This document shows positions 51,168 to 64,000 of a stretch of 64,000 bases of DNA, in pieces (the stretch's first letter is position 1; each line of letters opens with the position of its first letter). Made by a program: the position numbers and the translations under genes. The stretch spans positions 5,208,001 through 5,272,000 of the forward strand of contig NC_089432.1 of the NCBI RefSeq assembly GCF_026210795.1, in the 5' to 3' direction. The notes below the pieces were generated by a model, which saw nothing but the letters and a program-made list of their open reading frames with translations, was not told the origin of the DNA and searched no databases. The stretch comes from Rhizophagus irregularis (Eukaryota).

Positions 51168-51758
51168 TAATAAATTAATTTTTTATATTCATTCCAAAAA
51201 TTTTGCAATTATAAATTAAAGTGTGTACTAAGCAAATTAATAGAATAAAATATTTGAATTTAATTTGAATAATTAGAGAATATATTTCATAAGTAAACTT
51301 TTCCAATGGACAAATCCAAAGTTTTCTTTTATATAAAATAAGTAAACGATTAAAAGATCTGTGGTTTGTGGAAATATTTTGTAGTTTCACTGATATCATT
51401 AAATCCATAAATGGTTTTGAGAGGTTAAAATTAAAAATTGTATTAAGTGGGAGGCCAAAGGGTTATTAATTTGCGCATTTAAAAGTGAAGCTTGGGCTCT
51501 TAATTGAGAGTCCCATATGTTTAAAATATTTGGGTATATAGGATTGTGGATACTAAAATTATTTAAACCAGAAATGTCATATATTAATTAATATATTAAT
51601 GTTTTTATATTCATTCCAAAAATTTTGCAATTATAAATTAAAGTATGTACTAAGCAAATTAATAGAATAAAATATTTGAATTTAATTTGAATAATTAGGG
51701 AAGATATTTCATAAGTAAACTTTAAATCCAAAGTTTTCTTTTATATAAAATAAGTAAT
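51168..51758. repeat. Direct duplication of ~170 bp (51168-51345 and 51590-51758)
   Basis: TTTTTATATTCATTCCAAAAA...ATAAAATAAGTAA present twice. Confidence 0.85.
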
Positions 51759-51779
51759 TTTATGTCAGAGCCACAAGAA

Positions 51780-52700
51780 TCATTTTGAACGAATAAATCC
51801 CACTCTCATAAAATGTATCTGGTACATTTAATAGCAAATTAATAATGATTATTCTTTAGTTCATCTATAGAATGAAAGTTTATTTTTATCCTCATCTTGT
51901 AATATGATAACAATTTGTAATAAGTTGAAATATCTTTTTGAATAAAGAATTGTGCTTTTGATAAGCAGATCATTATTGTAAATTAGAGGATTAAAAAAAG
52001 TGACATGTTTTCTTTTCATCTTGAATACATGCCTCTTTCCATTTGTTATCTTCATAATATTGAAGCTTAAAGCAAAGATCAATCACTATTAAAATTAAAT
52101 TACAATATGTAAGGCAGCTTGGTGTACCAAAATGATCACAACTCACTTTAAAATGTGTAAATACAGTATCAGCTCGATTGTTATTACTACAATGCAAATA
52201 AGTAATAACTCTAGAAAATCCATCAATCCCAGCTTGAATAACAAATTTCCAGCGAATTAGTTTGTGATTTCCAATTTGCAACCATAAATAATGTCCATTA
52301 TTTAATATCAGTGACAAAATAATATGAAATATATTTCTCATAGTCAGCCTTGATAATTAAAGTTTGAATGTTTTATTTCTAATCCACACTATGGGAATTT
52401 ATCCATAAGTGCCATTCTTTTCGAAGGTTATCTTTGAATGGCTTATTAATCACAATATCAAACAGCTGACAAATGCTAGTCAGCCGTATTTGAACTACAT
52501 ATATTCATGTTATACATTTTATATATTAATTGGTTTTTTTTAAAAGCTAATAGTTGCATATTTTTTTTTTGCACTAAGATTGTAATATGTAAATTCCACC
52601 ATTGTAAGGGGTCAGTTTTAAAATTAACTATCAGTTTTTTAAGGTATTCTTCCAGTTCATCATTGTTAAATGCATCATTACCAATTTTAAACTTGGCCCA
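51780..52700 (-). pseudogene. Decayed integrase-core (DDE, IS3EU/rve-like) transposase
   Basis: LWLQIGNHKLIRWKFVIQAGIDGFSRVITYLHCSNNNRADTV resembles the WHIDGNHKLIRW..VIHGGIDG.SR motif; broken frames. Confidence 0.75.
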
Positions 52701-55700
52701 CTAATCATGGCAAATAAGTAAACTGATACAATCTGGCATTATTCCATCCATTTGCAGCTGCTACTAAATTGCTAAATTAAACTTGAATAGCCATGTCACA
52801 AGGGTCTAGATTCCCTCCAGAAAAGGTGAGTATGGTCATCAGAACCAGCTTCATAAAATTTTTTGATTTTTGAATGTGTGTGGAATGATAAGTGATAAAA
52901 TAATTATTTTTTTTGACTTTAAACTGTTCATTTTATTTTCTTTTTAGACGCTTTTTAAGACTTTTGAATATTATAGTACTTCATATTTTCTAATATCATC
53001 TAATTTTAGTTTGAAATGGAGTATAGCAGTAAATATTAGAAATGACTTTAATTCAATAATAGAGTGAGATATACTGCATGTCAATTCAATAACAACTTCT
53101 AACTTATTTAATTGTTAATGCTCCCTTAGTGCATTATGCTAAGAAATGTTGAATATGTGTGAGGGTTCTCTCTTTGTTACATATTCCATATTTGCAGTGT
53201 ACTCTATTGATTGTGAAATATAAACTATAAGTTGAATCTATCTACGAGGATATTTGTTTCTCTATCATAGCATTAGTTGCTTATTACTGATAATTTAATT
53301 AATATTAATGTTATAATTAGTTGTAATGCATACAGATATTTTGTCTCTTGAATTATGCTTAATGAACTACTATAAGGGATATATATATTGTACACCTTGT
53401 AATTTTAACTCTTAATTTTTTAATTTTATTCTGTTGTCATTACTCAAGTCACTGAAAAAATACGCCGGCAGATCACATGTTTTAAGAATAAAAGTTATAT
53501 AAATTAAAAGATTTCGTAATTGGACTTCAGTAAACACAGTAGGGTCATCTCTTAAAGTATAGAGTATGTAAGAATTCTTTTTTCAACAATTTTGTGAAAA
53601 TTGGTGAAATAAATCTGGAAAGGACCGATTAAAAAAAAATATATTTTATATAAATATTAAAACTTTTAGATTCAATTGAATAATCATCTGGCCAATTGCA
53701 AAAATTTTTTTTAAAATTCCATATGTGGTTGAATCATCTAAGATTGCTAATACCTCATTTGAATCTATAAAAATTCTATATAATTATTATAATAAATTAA
53801 TTTCCATTATATGAATATATTTTTAATAAAAAGTTTAAAGGTAACAAGTTCAATGAATTTATTAGGAACATAGAATTTTTCAAATAAAAATACATTTTAT
53901 ATTAGTAATAGATTTTCTTTCTAAGAATATCTTATAATAAAGTATAAATATATTACAATTCTGTAAGTGAGAGTGAGACACCACATGTGATATTATTGCA
54001 TCATCTCTTTAATTCGGCAGGAAGATCAAACATTGCTCTCTGCGGGTACAGATGGGGAATAATTTTCAAGTTGTTCATCTGATTCTGTATGATACTGGAC
54101 AAGTTGTTAGGAAGAATTTGACTAAATGAACCATCGATCAAGTATTGGGAATTATGTCAATTTTAAGAAAGAATTTTTTTTTTTAAAAAAAAAAGGGGGT
54201 GTTTAAATATGTGATAATATTCCTGTGGCAGTGTAAAAAGAATAATTTTTTTTAATAATTTACAAAGCCACTTCTAAACTGGATTTGGGCTTTAAAAATC
54301 AAACAAAGCATTGCCACATAGTACCAATTACAAAAGCATTTGATTATATTATGATTATAAGTAGATAATTATTAAATCAGTTCAATAATTTACCTATTAT
54401 GTTTAGTTTGTACCTCCGAAAAATTTTATAAAGATCAATATTAATTGATATCATACAGATAATAAGTGTGGCTAATATTGTTTAGACAGAAAATAATCTT
54501 TTTAAATACAAATAATTATTGGTGAATAAGAATATTAATTGTAAAAGGAAATCAACGTCGGGTAGTTATACTGAAGTCTATCATATTATCAATAAAAACA
54601 TTTTTTGAAATCACATACAGAACTATAGTTGTGCTGTAGGCTCAGATATGTATGTAGAAATATTGAGAGAAAGACTCTCATAATTTTATGTAAATAATTT
54701 TTTCTGACTTACCAATTAATTGAAAAACAGCCACTCAAATATATTTTGGAATTACCTTAATTAACATCTTAAAGAGAAGTATGGCTCAGTAGGAATCCTG
54801 ATGAAAACTACAAAGTACAAATATGATAATAAATACTATAGATACTAAGCCATGTTCCCTCTTATTGAATAAACACATGGTCTTAACTTTTATGTGAAAA
54901 AAGTCACAATCAATTTTTTTATTTTTGTTTAGTTAATAATTCTAATGACTATATTGGCTTCTCTCATATAATAAATTGTTTATTAATAAAATTGTTACAC
55001 AATTTAGGATAGAAATATAATATTTACAATTCAATTATTTTAGGGCTTAGAGCCGATAAGCCATAACTGGTAAATAACTCGTTTATCTAGCGTTTTAACA
55101 GGTAATAATCTCTAAGCAATTTACTACTAGCTATAAGCCGCTTGCTATGAAGAAACAAACCATTTTTTATATATTATTTATTAGTTAATTTAATGATATT
55201 TATCTATATAAAGCTATCACACGATTTACAGGATTTTATGAAAATTGATTTAAAATAATCCAAAATACAATTATATTTTTATGCGGATTACTTTATTTTA
55301 TAAAAGGAAAAGAAAATTAATAATTTAATACTTCAATCAATTTCCTTATTAAGTGATTGGTCGTAAAAATATAATTACGATAATATTTTTTCAAAAATTT
55401 GTGTAACATTTATGTAATATCACGGGTGCCAATAAAAGAATGCCCATAAAATATATAATACGTAAGTCGGTAAGTAAGCAATTTATTTTGTAATATCAGA
55501 ATAAAACCGTTGTTTGATAAAAAAGGGAAGTAAATCTGCAAGAATATGAAAAACTAATAACTAAATATATAAAATTTTTTTTCATTTAGATGGATAAGAT
55601 ACATCAGTATGGAATGCCATGATATTTTTTTTTTTTACATAAATTCATATTTTAAAAATTTAGTAATCAAGTAGAAAATCTTGAATTTAAAGTCACATGA

Positions 55701-56736
55701 TCAATATTTAGTTACAGGTAAATTGATCAGCGACTAAACCATAACGAGCCTATAATGAACGCTGGAAGATCTGATTTTAATCCAAATTTATTGAAAACTT
55801 TTCTTGAATGGATTACAGTGAATTTGTTATTATATCAATTGATAATTTAGTTAATTAATAAGTCTGTAAAATGGAAATAATGAACAATCCATACTAAATT
55901 AAATATTAAACCATACATTTCGTACTGTAAATAGTAAACTGTGTCATACACTCTTGATTTTGGTTATAAATAATCGTTCACAATATAAAATATTAAAAGG
56001 ATTTCCTATAGTTGCTAATCTATAGTAATGGCGATAATTTAGTATAATGAATAATAAGATTAATTAGAATCCGATTATTTCAGTCGAATCCAAAGGTAAA
56101 TTCGTCATCTATTTTAAGATTAATTAATTGTTTTGATAATAAATAATTATAATATTTCTGTTTTCTAACTCATTGATTTTGGTAAATCAAAATGTCGATG
56201 GTGATAATCAAAATCTGTATTTTTTATTTATTTATTTTTTTTTCATTTTATAATATAAGTAATTATATCTAACTTTTAACAATTAAAATTTTCCTTTAAT
56301 GGATATATTTAGATTAATTACCGATTAACCAAAAATGTGAATGTACCACATGATGATTCAACAATTCAGTAAATCATTTCACCGCTTTCATTTATTTTAC
56401 TACGGTTAAATTTTTTTTTTTTTTGAACTATTGATCCTTTTTTCTTTTATTCTTGAATCAAAAAAGTATAAATTTAATAAAAGTTTCATTCTATAAAATT
56501 GGTATGAATGAAAAGTTTAATTCATAAAATGGATAACCATTATTTCTTAAAAAAATTCAATCAGTATAATAAAAAGCAATTGTCGATTTTTCATTTTCTT
56601 TTCTATTTCAAAAAAAAAAAAATTATCAATTATTTGAAAATTTTTTCTTTTTTCTTGCCTATGACTGAAATTAAAATTTTATTTTATTTTATTTTCTTCT
56701 TTATTACCGATTTTTAAACGAATTAATTCATTTAAT

Positions 56737-59700
56737 ATGGATCATGATAACAATATCGGCGATATTCAGGTCGAAATTTCAAAAAAAAATATTTTGGATG
56801 AATTTACTGGTCAAGAAGATATCGCGCAAGAAATAATCAAAGTAGTATCCGTGTTAATGCAATTGGGACATTTTGATTACAGAAAGTTCGAAAATGAATT
56901 AATAGGAACAGATAAAATGAAAGATTATTTAAAATTCTTAAAGAATGAGCTCAAAAACTGGTAAGTAATTATTTATACTCCCCTTATTTATTTTTCGCAA
57001 GAAAGATTTTTAACGAACTACGTTTCTACCAATTCTAGGCAAACTATAGTTGATCACGCACAAGAACAGTGTTATTATTTAACGTTCTTCCCTGCTCGTC
57101 ATATTTTGGCATTCCATGATTATTTCACATCGGAAAAACCAGATAAAGAAAATGAAGAAGAATGTAAAACATTGGTTAGATTTGTGAACAACAAAGCTAA
57201 ATTACCATCTCGTAAGGATATTCAAGGAATTTCACGTGGATCTAAAGATTATCGCAAGATTCTATGCGAGATTGGAAATGAATTAGAAAAAATTTTTAAA
57301 AGTATTCCAAAACAATCACGCGGCGGACTTAAAGCTGCTGAGGTTTCCGGACAACGCACAACGCTGAATATTGTTAAAAAGGGTAAATTATTTATTGCTG
57401 CTTGTGCTGACAAAACAAGAGTTCCAAACATTATTATGTCATTATATGTCAATAATGGAAATTATCCGGAACCGTGGCAACTCTTAATATGTACTACTTC
57501 AACTACGATGGAGGAATTAACTATCTTCATAAAAAGGAGTTTCTTTGCATCAAAAAATGGATATGAAAATCACTTATTTTGTATTGCAAATTTAGAATTA
57601 TTAGACTTTGAATTACAATATGATTTAGTTAATCAAATTAGATCAATGAGAGATCAAAAAGATTTTCTTCTAGCGCTTATTTGTTACAGAGAAAATGGAA
57701 TTCATCATCACATTTTAGATCAATTTTCTTCAGATGTCGTCGTGACTGATGGATTAAACAATGAAGCTATGAGGGAAGTTTATAGGGAATTGTGTCAGAA
57801 TGTTATTCGTGTTTCTTCCGACTTATCGGGACAAGGCAAAACTGAATGGATTAAAGAGGATAGTTTCAATAAAAAGAGATTCCCACGTAGCTTTTTAATA
57901 AGTGATGATATGGAATTTGGCAGACTTGTACGTCAATTTAAAGAATGTAAACTCCAACCGGTAGAAAGTTTACATATCAATATAGTATCATCTAACTACC
58001 CCGAAGACGTCAATATGTTTTTATTTGAATTATTAACTTTGGGTATAGCCTCTACTAATGTTGATGTAGCTTGCCTACCTCCTTCGGAAACACCTATATA
58101 TATATTTGTCGAAATAGCTTCAACTACTGAACAGTATTTACTTAATTCTCTTCCTATGGCAGGATATTTATTGTCCAAACATTTAACTTGGGATATTAAA
58201 AGTTTGAAAATCTCTCAAGATATTACTAGTCCAATTCAGATTACTTGTAATTATTTGAATTTATTAGATCTTGATGAGATAGATGCAAAAGAAATCCTTT
58301 TTCGGACCGATAATGCAATTAAAGAACCGTTACCCGTGGAACGTTGTCAAAATCTTATCGAGAAATATTTTTTTAACGAAAACAACAAAGACATTTCCTC
58401 ATTTAGATTTGTTGAAATATTTGTTAATGTTCTAGCAGATCAATTGGTTCGATTTTCATCAAGTCAATTCTTTACAGTAGATAATTTGAAATTAATGGTA
58501 AAAGAAACTAATATCAGAAAACTTATATTAAAAACCTTAATGGATGGTTCAAAAGATTTTGCAACTAGATCTATTAAAACAAGAGAGGCACAATTGGAAT
58601 CTACAAATACTGAAGATGAAAACGCTCGTCTTGGTACAATTGTTCAATGGGACGACTCAGATCAACCTATAGTATTCTTCAATTCTCAAACTCCCAATAC
58701 AATATCTGCCTTATATCGTGACAGAACTAAAGTTCACGAAAATGTTAAGACTTTATTAAAAAGTCAAGTTATTGGAAATAGAACAAAATGGGAGTTAGAT
58801 GATTATAATTCGATGTCTACGGATGCACTTCTTGTGAAGTTAGAGTATTTAGCGCAAAGTTCGACAGAAAAATTAAATCTTCCTGAATACGCTTTATCTG
58901 GTGATAATCTAATAAAAATGGCCTTAATTCTTTTAAGAGCACGCGCGAATATTCCAGTTATAATTTGTGGTGAAGCAGGCTGTGGCAAGGTGATTATTAT
59001 ATTTCGTTGTTATTTATTTTCATTATCACTTTTTTTTAAATATTTTACTTGAATTTTATATCTTTTATAGACAAGTTTGATTGCCTACTTGGCTTTGATG
59101 GTTGAAGTTCAATTCCAGTCTCTTAACCTTCATGCTGGAATTGATGAAAAAACTATTATGATGTTTATGGATGATTCTCAAAAGAAAGCAGAAAAAGGCG
59201 AGATTTGGTTATTCTTTGATGGGATCAATACTTGCAATTATATAGGTCTACTTGCTGATTTAATATCTTATCAAATGTTTAATGGAAAATTAATACATCC
59301 AAATATTCGTTTATTCTCCGCTTGCAATCCATACCGCCTTCGTACAAAATCCCAAAGTGAAGCTGGTTTAACAAATAGGGTTAAAAAATTTGAAGAACGA
59401 AGTAATCTTGTTTATCAAGTAAAACCACTTCCTGATCAAATTTTAGATTATGTTTGGGACTATGGTATTTTAAAATCAAAAGATGAACGTAGATATATTC
59501 AAATTATGGTAGAAAAAGAACTGAAAAATTTAGCACTTCCCGTATTTGTGGAACTTTTATTTGCTTCTCAAAATTTTATTCGAAAAGTTGAAGAACCATA
59601 TAGTGTGAGTCTACGTGATGTCAAGCGAGCTATGAAATTGGTGATATTCTTTTATAAATCTCTTCAGAATCGTCCTGCTTATAGAAATGGACATGTATAT

Positions 59701-62700
59701 CCACCGCCTGGAAATCCAACCATATTGATTAGATCTTATGTCCTGGCACTTAGTCTTTGTTATCATTCTCGGTTATATGAACAAGATTTACGTAGACAAT
59801 ATCGTTATGAAATGGAACGAATATTGCAGGACCACAAAGCATATGTAGAGGAAAATATGTTTGTTAAAATTATTCGTGAAGAACAAGAAGATTATATTAA
59901 GAGGATGCAATGTCCACCTAATACAGCATATAATGAAGCTTTATTAGAAAATGTTTTAGTTACGATCGTATGCATTTTGACAAAAATTCCTCTGTTCCTT
60001 ATAGGAGCACCAGGCTCTTCAAAATCTTTAGCAATTCATCTTATAAGCTTGAATTTACGTGGAGCCGATTCATATGATAAATATTTTAGGGAATTACCAC
60101 AGATTAATTTAATTCCACATCAAGGTTCTTCATTTTCAACTTCTGATGGTATTATCAAAGTTTTTGATAAAGCGAATAGGTTTCAGGAAACAACTTCCAG
60201 TCAATTTCCTGTTATTAGTGTTGTTTTACTTGATGAAGGTAGTTTCATTTATATTTAATATACACTATTACTAAGTTTTTCGACATTATTTATTATTTAT
60301 AATATTTTCTGTTTGTCATAATTTTCTTTTCTCATGTGTCATTCTATAGTTGGTTTAGCTGAAACAAGTCCTTACAATCCATTAAATGTGCTTCATTCCT
60401 TACTTGAACCAAGTTATCCAGCTACAGGGCCAACTGTTTCAGTGATAGGAATATCTAATTGGCGCTTAGATAACAGTAAAAGTAGTCGTGCACTACTTGT
60501 TCAGAGGTACATTTAAGTAACAATTGTTGTATAATTTACAATTTCACTATGTAGTATGTACACTTATATTTTCTTACGTTTTTTGCAGACCACAATTTGA
60601 TTTGGATGATTTAGTTGATACAGCTGAACGTTTATTAAATAAAAGAGTTGTTAGATGTCAAAGAGGGGCTTTAAGACCTTTAGCTGAAGCATACTTGAAT
60701 TACGAAAAACATGGACAATCTTTGCCTAATTTCCACGGTCTTCGTGATTATTATGCGTTGGTTAAGCGACTTTCATTATGTGAAATGACTCCAGAGAATA
60801 TTCAAATGGAATTAGCCCGTAATTTTGGAGGGACAGAAAACCACGTTAAATTATGTGAAAAGTATTTTGGGAATGTTCTAAAAATGTTTAATAATCATAA
60901 GCCGTGGTTATATAAACAAATTCCAATTGAACAATTAATCGCTTCAAATTTAGATGATTCTGATGCGCGTCATTTAATGGTTATCGGTAAAAGTGATTCA
61001 ATTATAAATTTATTAACTTATCAGTTAAGAATGAGAGACTTGGATCCTGTTGTGATTTTAGGATCCCAATTTCCCGATGATCGGGATGATTATTATTACA
61101 GTGTTTTGAAGAGAATCATGGTAATAATTTATGAGAAATATTCTTTCTTTTACTTATATTATATATAAACATAATTTTATAATTTTAGATGTGCGTTGAA
61201 GCAGGCAGACCATTGATTCTAACAGATTTGGAAATAATTTATGGTAATTCTTTTATTTGTTATCTTAAGTATAATAATTACATTAAATAATTTTTTATAA
61301 TTTAATAGGGAGTCTTTATGATTTATGGAATCAAAATCATATCGTTGTGGGAAGTAAAGAAAATGTCAAATACTTTACGAGGGTTGCACTTGGAGCATAT
61401 TCTAATCCTATGCTGTAAGTAAATCTATTAAATTTATCGTATATATATTTTTTATTTTATTTTAAAGTATTTTAAATAATAATGAATTTTAGTTACGTTT
61501 CGCCGAATTTTAAATGTATTCTTGTCATGGATGAGAAAAATGTGGCTTCAGCTGATCCTCCACTTCTTAATCGGTTTGAAAAGCAAAAAATGTCAATTAA
61601 TGACACTCTTAATAATAAACAAAAATTACTTGTTGAAAATATAGGTGATTGGACAAGAAAAATGTCGACTCTGATTGGAGTTACTCAATTACGTAATAAA
61701 TTCACCCAGAAGAATCTATTCATTGGATTTGATAAAGATGAAACCTTACAAAGTCTAATTATTGACATCACAAAGAATAATCCAGAAGCAGATAATGATG
61801 AAATTTTAGAAAAATGCAAGGAATGTTTAATCGCAACAGCATCTTCTGACGGAGTTGTAAGAGCCGAACAATCAGCTTTAGAAAAAGATGAAGTTGATCG
61901 ATGGAAACAGGTTTATTTCCGCAAACAGCATCACAATAGTCTTTATGATTATTTTGCTAATCAAGAAGATACGTTATCGGATCCTAATGGACATTTAGTG
62001 ATTATAAATACATTTTCTAATATCAATACGGATGTTAAGTCTTGCTTACAAGAACTTGCAAGTTGTCAAGTAGATAAATTGTCGATTTTCAAAACTGAAG
62101 CTCAACTTTCAAATCGGGTAAGTTAAAGCAATGATTTAATAAGTTAATACATGCTTTCTTAGGTAACTTATTATAACTCCATATTTATAGGTAAAACACT
62201 TCTGGTCAGAATCAACCGATCAAATGTTAATTCTTCAATGTGATTTAACTACCGTTAATACTGGATGTATTAAACTAGCCAAATTCATTATTGAACAATT
62301 TCGAAATGAATATATATCAAAGAGAGATCAAATGGAACGGGAAATGCCTACGAAACATGCATGTATCATTCTTCATATTCATCGAGATCAAGAATCCACT
62401 TTTACATCTTTTAATTTCATGTGCGGTTGGAAACAAATGACTATTGAAACATTATCAGGAAGTGACGTTCCTACATCAGGTCTCCTAGATGAATCGTTAA
62501 CTCGTATTGTTAATTCAACTTATCCATTCGAAAAAATTTTACAACAAGAACTCTTATGGTGTTTATCGTGTATGAAATATCCATCGAACGACGAGTCAAT
62601 CAATTATATAAAGTAAGCGATATTATTTATTTGTATGATATTTAATAATTATATTTATTAAGAATTTTTTTGCATTAAATTATTTTTTAGGACATTAAAC

Positions 62701-64000
62701 GAAAAAATTCTAAAACATCCAAATTTTATTGAATGTTTGAAAAAAAGAGTCCTTGTATGGGTTGAAGAGAATTCTACAAGTGACTGGCAATATAAGATAG
62801 CATCAAATAAACAAAATTTATATCCATACCCTTCATTTTCTGCAGCATTACAAGCTCACGTTAGAACACTTTTTAGAGAACCGATAGCGCGGATTTTATA
62901 CGCTTTAGAAAGATTATCGGCGATAAAAACATTTTTCTATGTTTCTGATCAAACAAAGTCAAAAAAAGGAAACTATGAGAAATTACTTAAATTTTGGGAA
63001 CAAATTTTTATGGATAACAAAATTGTCAAAATTGATGATATACCAAATCCAAAACCTGATGGATATAATATGCCGGCGGAAAGTTTACTCGATCTTGAAT
63101 TTCCTTTTTCATTTTATTATATGAAACAAATTGATAGTTTTAAAAGACATTATGAAGAAGAAATATTGATATTACAAAGGGATGATGACAAAATTGACGA
63201 CGAAACTAATGAACTTTACGATTATGTGATTGAAGATCATTTAAAAGAGTTTAAAAATAATCTTCTTACGTCGATTCCGCAATTAAAAAATTCACCTCTT
63301 GAATGGGAATGGGCTTCCGAATTATATTTTAAAGATTTTGTAACCGTTATTGTGTCAAAAGATGGAGAGACAAAGAATAAAAAAATGTTAACAATAATTT
63401 TAAGATTACTCATCGGTACCGATAAAGTGCGTCAACCAATTTTCCTTCACTCATATTGGTGGAGGAATGCTAACGAAGTTTTAGCTCTATTACAATTAGC
63501 TCAAATGTCTCCCATAATAATTAAAAATATTGAAATTCAAGGAAATGCTATTATTAGAGGAAGTTTGGAAAAATATCTAGTTAAAGAAGTGACAAAACTA
63601 ATGTTACAGCGAATTTGTGGAAATTTTGAAGTCGCAGAAAATGCTCATTTGATCGATAAATGGCAGCATGATGTTACAAAAGTATTATCTCTCGTTAATA
63701 AAATAACTAGAGCAAAGAATTTACCAGATCTTCAATTGTTACGTATTGTAAACGATCTAGTTGCAGCAAAGACCATTCCTTTAGATAGCATTAAAGAAAT
63801 TGTTCAACTTGGATTAAGTTTAGACGAGCAAGAAGTTCTTTCCGAAGAATTTATCAACACCGTATTTGATAAGCTGGATAAACTAGAACAAAATGAGAAA
63901 AATATAATTCCAAAAAGAACATTTATCATGAGATGCCTTGCATTGATTCCTATCAAATCAGATACTCTACTAAGTTTTTATAAAAAATTATTCTCGAATG
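56737..64000 (+). CDS. RNF213/mysterin-like multi-AAA+ ATPase (putative E3 ligase), 3'-incomplete; exons 56737-56960, 57039-58989, 59071-60238, 60350-60506, 60589-61120, 61189-61243, 61309-61414, 61493-62117, 62191-62612, 62691->64000
   Basis: GEAGCGKT, ACNPYR, LVYQVKPLP, SVSLRDVKR, GAPGSSKS, LLDEVGLAE, ISNWRLD..KSSR, HGLRDYY, SLYDLWNQ and PLLNRFEK follow the RNF213 AAA-module order; GT-AG introns. Confidence 0.88.

Overview
Very AT-rich, intron-containing eukaryotic DNA. The gene families (F-box/LRR, TKL kinase + Sel1 repeats, FAR1/MULE, RNF213-like AAA+) and the frequent TCACGTGA boxes suggest an arbuscular mycorrhizal fungus (Rhizophagus/Glomeromycotina); this is inference, not a database result. 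Apparently intact genes: an F-box/LRR gene, a 5-exon kinase-Sel1 gene, a 2-exon SUKH/US22-like gene, an intronless orphan ORF, and the first 10 exons of an RNF213/mysterin-like gene that runs off the window. The window is TE-dense: two hAT elements (8-bp TSD), two CACTA-type elements (3-bp TSD), Tc1/pogo MITEs, and an 11.2-kb element with ~700-bp TIRs and a 6-bp TSD that splits a kinase pseudogene and contains a MULE and a retroposed cassette. Two main observations are not in the ORF track. (1) A 33-codon gene at 13529-13630 (-) ends in the CAAX motif CSIM, has the layout of an a-factor/basidiomycete lipopeptide pheromone precursor, and has a decayed tandem paralog ~1 kb away. (2) At least four dispersed non-coding blocks share collinear motifs and G-U-rich, pseudoknot-compatible pairing; two lie 3' of unrelated orphan ORFs and one is in a TSD-flanked, A-tailed cassette.
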